The translations under genes were made by a program, and so were the position numbers. Shown here piece after piece: positions 60,701 to 64,000 of a stretch of DNA of 64,000 nt. Source of the DNA: Pseudomonadota bacterium. Its GTDB lineage: Bacteria > Pseudomonadota > Gammaproteobacteria > Steroidobacterales > Steroidobacteraceae. The first letter of the stretch is position 1; every line of letters begins with the position of its first letter. The notes under the pieces were generated by a model, which was not told the DNA's origin, searched no databases, and saw only the letters and a program-made list of their open reading frames with translations. The stretch covers positions 5,877 through 69,876 of the forward strand of contig JBDLPS010000221.1 of assembly GCA_039800965.1 (NCBI GenBank). The letters are read 5' to 3'.

Positions 60701-61351
60701 GGCCCTGCGGACGTCATCGGCGCCCGCCTGACCGACCTGTTCCCGACGGCGCTCACCGGCGTGACCTGGACCTGTACGGCCACGGGCGGCGCGGCCTGCG
60801 TGCCGGCCAGCGGCACGGGTAACCTGAACGCCAAGACCATCAACCTGCCGATGGGTGGCATCGTGACCCTGGTCGCGACGGGCCGCATCAACTCGAACGC
60901 CGCGACCATCAACAACACCGTCAGCATCGCGCTGCCGGCGGGTGCGCCGTTCGTCGACCCGAACATGGCCAACAACACCGCGACGGCCAGCGTCACGGTC
61001 AACGGCCACCACGTGTCGTCGATCACCGGTTCGGGCACGCGCACCAGCACCACGCGCTGGACGGCGAACGCCACGATCACGATCCACAACCGCGACCACC
61101 TGGCTGCGGCGGGCGTGACGGTGACGGGCACCTGGCGCAACAACGGTGGTGGCAACACCACGACCGTGACCTGCACGACGAATGCGTCGGGCCAGTGCAC
61201 GGTGACCCGCACCAACATCTCGACGACGGAAGGTTCGTACACCTTCACGGTCACCAACCTGACCGTGCCGGCCTCCGCCGGGGTGTCGAACTACCAGAAC
61301 GCGATCAACGAGGTCGGTGCGACGGCCAGCGTGAGGGTGGTCCGGCCGTAA
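54746..61351 (+). CDS. Giant (2201 aa) secreted multidomain protein: Ig/CarboxypepD_reg/SdrD-B-like repeats, IPT/TIG, right-handed parallel beta-helix, tandem DUF11
   Basis: Signal peptide is MSGSRFLRSVLAATLVVFGGLGLAEA. The SdrD-B-like segment is FDGYVFNDANRNGIKDEGEAGIPNYTLTL...TDSNGYYVF (about 56370-56600). IPT/TIG spans about 58030-58315. Beta-helix repeats are NNTVQNNGGAYG, NNRIYFNRSYDEGGGVMI, GNLSNDDGGGIRF and DNISTHEGGGISINDA, with a DIDGDTRP...DIGGDE cap (about 58530-60210). Two DUF11-type repeats begin DLRITKTDG and DLEVSISTDK (about 60227-61000). The track ORF start at 54659 is an in-frame extension. Confidence 0.85.
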   Translation: MSGSRFLRSVLAATLVVFGGLGLAEAAPVTLKVVSARAESRWTNPSTQAVTGISKGAVVTHYKYLINVDNSGDTSTQRSPALGTGCNPADAGYPDSCKWTSIAGTASFAPVYTQGTQADFATAMNIPDGRYLISVLAPGFKLDGRHFKVANGIATWEGKSGAAPASEVLVEMQPWPLPDAQIQAAVFEDISPVNSAPDLPVEHGLAGFQAHITDYIGEVTTDIYGAPLCDTGACLSACYVVFNGQDIGTVQPLDAAGRCPTDPPTASTAMYYCDGPNGSTAPYMVARSDTAPYNRFACPSALGSVAVKQGPVPDAAALHTGVIQGKVKVPNIGPNRYALAVTPPDGYFWAQTTTLEGNSDWDAWVMEGATGLDTELAVAGEPFPGIIFGYVPQPGTSTAQTVRTYSAVSCRRGVTNCPYNIYPTLTGTSTITGVVEAVKIFVPATGGIAGLPGQIWGGMQGAKIDKPIEYPWVTLTDLSNGDSIVWAGRGDVQGRFSIPNVPAGTYTLTWWDQPQNEILDLVNVTVRAGETVDMGILPLTGWWTVFDGYVFNDANRNGIKDEGEAGIPNYTLTLRKRENSQMDRGTTAATTDSNGYYVFESAYPMTQWLVMEAYDDLHYTTGVTYQADNQPDPTTVIGSGVDVSVHPIIGLSGRIDWGKHIYDGTGTNGVDPRNGGIVGSISYDTTRNEKDPRYAAVEVWQPGVPDLTVKLWKPVPCNTHVGTPCSADRRYELAADGSYAKGLLLNTYLSETWTRPAGCTVRNADGTPLVHGVDEQVLPLDDTLPCIEAPLTGIQFGTYATDQGTPDANFGAAVNGNWGFGDGCLVSGFNTTTQACNNASEPLAALPAANYLVQVDLQSLKDAQGRPVYQVTREEDVNVAAGDEFAPAVPPPACVGALHVVDSSGNDGYLTGAGTAPAEGQQRPLCDVKLVTLTNGKSVAPMFNVFTDVPLPGRHWFIIIDDLNFSSNPKSTTFGEKAGIPFAPVGIYDFTNRLVKTVESDYNGLADVLLPSTNRINCPTPSGVCANLYRYVGNDPGVPGRLNTNYNPAFRTIAAEFEVLPGLIVPADLAPSQVGVTVQLPGSQVTTNLQCKVEDVAPELYAVSRPYVTVGNNASTAQRQFIIYGKAFGAAVGQVQLDGTALTATAVTWTNTQITVTVPTNTTQGPRQLTILAANGKRTVNGLTLHVMGNTYAPQLFEVGPNVANARYRPAETLPETANHAVQNALDDAGVWVGAGTNRTALVVVYPNTPAVGSRQNPRGAYYENLIITSRVKLQGVGPGSPDGSIRGSILDGSAYAGDSPVATDWRARLTQFGTFDANNNFIPGWAGNSAIYDGAVITLYLPSPSSTVLAERRQAFPTTYTAATAPSIDGFDIRGGDQQGFPTNINVIGGGPTGLAPGVVTQGGAIFANAWANNLQITNNTVQNNGGAYGTLRLGTPDLTGADPSSHNGNVVIAHNRVILNAGTNQAGGIGLFNGSDNYQIAFNDICGNFSAEYGGGISVVGYSPGGRINNNRIYFNRSYDEGGGVMIAGALPANAATLSPGSGAVDIYGNLIQGNLSNDDGGGIRFLMSGNFPMNVYNNFIVDNISTHEGGGISINDAPNVRIYNNTIAKNITTATAITSTGVPAPAGVSTSLNSGLLQDTLPAGSPLHSNPLLFNNLFWDNRAGTRTLDLVAGIGAANDTSPIDYWDLGVSDDPTVSLSPTNSLVQQDVAQHAYTTDASNKTTDPRFLTPYDIGVTFNVWRNNPAFLGAIMISADLPPSLMGDFHLRGNSPAVNVAANSKALPSYQVVGTATSVAAPSNDIDGDTRPALGARDIGGDEMLPVSADLRITKTDGVTAASPGDVLHYTITVTNSSANFVWGAWVRDTIPAALTNVSWTCVASTGSACAAVSGSGNISEYVDLAPAGTVTYVLTGTVSGAVGSTLSNTATVTPSLGTTDSNTTNNSATDTDQIAGTADLEVSISTDKSRYNRNENIRYTIVAKNNGPADVIGARLTDLFPTALTGVTWTCTATGGAACVPASGTGNLNAKTINLPMGGIVTLVATGRINSNAATINNTVSIALPAGAPFVDPNMANNTATASVTVNGHHVSSITGSGTRTSTTRWTANATITIHNRDHLAAAGVTVTGTWRNNGGGNTTTVTCTTNASGQCTVTRTNISTTEGSYTFTVTNLTVPASAGVSNYQNAINEVGATASVRVVRP

Positions 61352-61390
61352 CCGGACCGACCCTCCACGCGAGATCAAGGAGAATTTGAG

Positions 61391-62875
61391 ATGACACAGC
61401 GTTCAGACGACCAGGCCCGGACCCGCCGCTACTTCCTCAAGCTGGCGGGCGGCTCCACGCTCGCCCTGGCGGGTACCGGCCTCCTGCCCTTCAACCGGCT
61501 GCTCGGCCCCGCGGCCATGCAGTCGGCGGAGGCCGCGGTCACCACCAATCCGGCGCCGGACCTCTTCATGGCCGGCACGGACGGCTGGATCAGCCTGCCG
61601 AAGAACCCGGCCCTGCAGTCGGCGTACTTCGGCGCGCAGACCCATCCGGACAATTTCGTCCCGGATGCGAAGTTCAGCACCTACATCTTCGGTTTCCGTG
61701 ACGTCACGGGCCTGACGGACGCGCAGCGCGCGGGGCAGAAGATGAAGGCCCAGCACAATGCGCCGCTGTTCTGGCTCGACGAGGTCGATCCGGCCAATCC
61801 GAAGGCCAAGCAGTTCCGCGTGAACCTGATGAACCTCGGCCTGGCGATGCGCCCCGACCTGTTCGATGCGCATACGATCCACTACCACGGTTTCCGCAAC
61901 GTGCTGCCGATCTTCGACGGCGAGCCGCAGGGTTCCGTCGCCGTGACGGCCGGCCGCGTCTTCCAGTACGTGTACCGTCCGCGCGACCCGGGCACCTACA
62001 TGTGGCATTGCCACGTGGAAGAGATCGAGCACATCCACATGGGCATGACCGGGCCGCTCTTCGTCCGTCCGAAGCAGAACGGCACGAGCTACACCTGGCA
62101 GGGCAAGACCTACGACAAGTTCGTCTACAACGACGGCGACGGTTCCACCGGCTACGACCGAGAGTTCGCGATGTTCATGTCGGAGGTCTGGTGCGATTCG
62201 CACTGGGCCGACTCCCATATCGAGTTGCCGGAGTGGAGCGACTACCGCGCCGATTTCTGCCTGCTCAACGGTCGCGTCTACCCGGACACCATTGCGCCGA
62301 ACTCGCTGATGAACATGCCGGCCAACGCCGCGGTCGCCAAGAACCTCCATTCCCTGCCGGTGCAGCGCGACGCGAGCGGCGACCTGCTGTCGCGTCCCGG
62401 CCATGAGCACCTCCAGTACCAGCCGATGTCGGCGCTGGTGGAGTGCAATGCCGGTGATCGCGTCCTGCTGCGCTTCGCCAACCTGGGTTTCCTGGAATCG
62501 GCGATGACGCTGGCCGGCATCCGCATGACCGTCGTCGGCAAGGACGCGACGCACATGCGGGGTCGTCCGGACAACACCAATCAGCGTGCCGACACCAGCT
62601 ACGACGCCAGCACCCTGAGCTTCGGCCCGGGCGAGAGCATCGACGCGCTCTTCACCGCGCCGGCGTTCTCGGGCGGTTCCGGCAGTTCGGGCCAGGGCTA
62701 CGACGTCTACCTGCTGTTCGACCGTGCCTACGAGCGCACGAACAACAAGGCGGCGGGCGAGGGCGGGCTGCCTTACGGCGGTCGCCAGACCGAGGTCCGC
62801 GTCTACCCGGCCGGTACGGTGCAGCAGCAGTTGCTGCCGAACACCAACCCGCATCTGAACAGCGACGTCTACTGA
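61391..62875 (+). CDS. Tat-exported multicopper-oxidase-like protein 1 (cupredoxin domain 1 with ligands + copper-less domain 2)
   Basis: An AAGGAG RBS lies 8 nt before the ATG. The twin-arginine leader is TRRYFLKLAGGSTLALAG. HYHG is at nt 61880-61891 and WHCHVEEIEHIHMGM has its HCH at 62006-62014. The rest resembles an MCO domain 2 (LLNGRVYPDT...GDRVLLRFANLG...TVVGKDA). Confidence 0.8.
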   Translation: MTQRSDDQARTRRYFLKLAGGSTLALAGTGLLPFNRLLGPAAMQSAEAAVTTNPAPDLFMAGTDGWISLPKNPALQSAYFGAQTHPDNFVPDAKFSTYIFGFRDVTGLTDAQRAGQKMKAQHNAPLFWLDEVDPANPKAKQFRVNLMNLGLAMRPDLFDAHTIHYHGFRNVLPIFDGEPQGSVAVTAGRVFQYVYRPRDPGTYMWHCHVEEIEHIHMGMTGPLFVRPKQNGTSYTWQGKTYDKFVYNDGDGSTGYDREFAMFMSEVWCDSHWADSHIELPEWSDYRADFCLLNGRVYPDTIAPNSLMNMPANAAVAKNLHSLPVQRDASGDLLSRPGHEHLQYQPMSALVECNAGDRVLLRFANLGFLESAMTLAGIRMTVVGKDATHMRGRPDNTNQRADTSYDASTLSFGPGESIDALFTAPAFSGGSGSSGQGYDVYLLFDRAYERTNNKAAGEGGLPYGGRQTEVRVYPAGTVQQQLLPNTNPHLNSDVY

Positions 62876-62885
62876 CCGCTGCCCC

Positions 62886-64000
62886 ATGAGGACTTTCCCG
62901 ATGAATCTTTCGATCCTCAGTCCCTTCCGCCGCAGCCTCGTGCTCGGCATGGCGGTCGCTGCCGCGGGCCTGCTCGCACCGGCGCAGCAGGCCGTCGCCG
63001 CCGGCACCTCGAAAACCGGCGTGGTGTGCACGACGGGTGCCGCCGGCGCACCGGTGTTCACGCTCACCGCGAAGGAAGGCTACATCCAGCTGCCGGACGG
63101 CAACACGATGTACATGTGGAGCTATGCCTCCGGCGGTTCCGACTTCCAGTACCCGGGCCCGGTCCTGTGCGTGAACGAAGGTGACACCGTCACCGTCGTC
63201 CTGAGCAACCAGCTGGCCGAGGATGTGTCGATCATGTTCCCCGGCCAGGAAGGCGTGCTGGCCAATGGTTCGGCCGCCCAGCCCCAGGGCAGCGGCGCCG
63301 GCCTGACGTCCCTCACCAACGTCGCTCCGGTCGGCGGCAGCGTGACGTACAGCTTCGTCGCGTCGAGGGCGGGCACCTTCGTCTACGAGAGCGGCACGGA
63401 ACCGCAGAAGCAGGTCCGCATGGGCCTCTTCGGTATGCTGATCGTGCGGCCGGCCGGCCACGCGGACCAGTTGAATGCCCGCAGCGACAGCCAGTTCACC
63501 TCCGCCAGCGCGACCACCGTGAACGAGGAGTTCATGGTCCAGCTGTCGGAAATCGATCCCTACCAGCACTGGGCGGCGGAGGCGGGGGAAACCTTCGACC
63601 TGTCGACCTATCATCCGCGCTACTGGCTGATGAACGGCCGCGGCTTCCCGGACACCATCGCCGACAACCACTCGGCGTTCCTGCCCGCACAGCCTTACGG
63701 TTCGCTGGCGCGCATCAATCCCTGGGATCCGATCAAGCATCCGCTGCCGGGTGCGATCCGCTACATGAACCTCACGACGACGGAGATCCCGTTCCATCCG
63801 CACGGCCAGAACGGCACGGTGGTGGGTCGCGACGGCGCCGCGTTGCAGACCCCGGACGGCAAGGATGCGTCCTTCGAGAAGTTCGTGGTCAACATCGGCC
63901 CGGGCCAGACCTATGACGTGCTGTTCCAGTGGTACGACGCGGAAGCCTACAGTCCCACCGCGGCCGCCGGCAGCGCGCATGAGTTTCCGGTCGCCATGCC
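62886..64000 (+). CDS. Multicopper-oxidase-like protein 2, 3' end beyond the window (not in the supplied ORF track)
   Basis: My own translation is MRTFPMNLSILSPFRRSLVLGMAVAAAGLLAPAQQAVA|AG..., with an alternative ATG at 62901. A cupredoxin domain 1 pattern is GDTVTVVLSNQLAEDVSIMFPGQ and GTFVYESG...MGLFGMLIVRP. An L3-like FHPHG is at nt 63795-63803. The frame is open to nt 64000. Confidence 0.75.
   Translation, partial: MRTFPMNLSILSPFRRSLVLGMAVAAAGLLAPAQQAVAAGTSKTGVVCTTGAAGAPVFTLTAKEGYIQLPDGNTMYMWSYASGGSDFQYPGPVLCVNEGDTVTVVLSNQLAEDVSIMFPGQEGVLANGSAAQPQGSGAGLTSLTNVAPVGGSVTYSFVASRAGTFVYESGTEPQKQVRMGLFGMLIVRPAGHADQLNARSDSQFTSASATTVNEEFMVQLSEIDPYQHWAAEAGETFDLSTYHPRYWLMNGRGFPDTIADNHSAFLPAQPYGSLARINPWDPIKHPLPGAIRYMNLTTTEIPFHPHGQNGTVVGRDGAALQTPDGKDASFEKFVVNIGPGQTYDVLFQWYDAEAYSPTAAAGSAHEFPVAM

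Overview
High-GC (roughly 65-70%) proteobacterial chromosomal window that is densely coding. I found no rRNA, tRNA, CRISPR, transposase or integrase signal. The rsmB-DUF4390-ntrY-ntrX synteny suggests a beta- or gammaproteobacterium.

Nt 1-40300 is mostly housekeeping:
- Regulation and nitrogen: rsmB, ntrYX, amtB and a P-II gene with a near-consensus sigma-54 promoter.
- Information processing: argS, priA, a 5'-3' exonuclease and a tandem-duplicated four-NBD UvrA paralog with a downstream-overlapping Cys-rich mini-ORF.
- Metabolism: acs, dctA, hemH, a thiolase, gshA, and ilvH/ilvI/ilvA in an unusual arrangement.
- Exported peptidases: S41, S46, and a reprolysin-like enzyme with a GlyGly-CTERM-like tail.

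Nt 40346-44271 is a tightly coupled operon of exported proteins of mostly unknown function.

The main item is nt 44368-64000, a same-strand block. It encodes an atypical type II secretion / type IV pilus-like hybrid machine in this order:
- SLT lytic transglycosylase, GspG, GspF, GspE.
- Four PilM/N/O/P-like genes, one carrying a 20-proline tract.
- A lipidated TPR-secretin-cohesin-like fusion.
- Three more pseudopilins.

A structured, lower-GC leader follows, then a 2201-aa secreted beta-helix/IPT/DUF11 protein. After that come two adjacent twin-arginine-type multicopper-oxidase-like proteins whose copper-ligand motifs look complementary (split). I propose this as a dedicated secretion-plus-extracellular-oxidase system.

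All calls rest on reading the ORF translations and the DNA by eye; no database search was run. Start codons are the least certain coordinates. Many long ORFs in the track are antisense or frame artefacts of the high GC content and were rejected.
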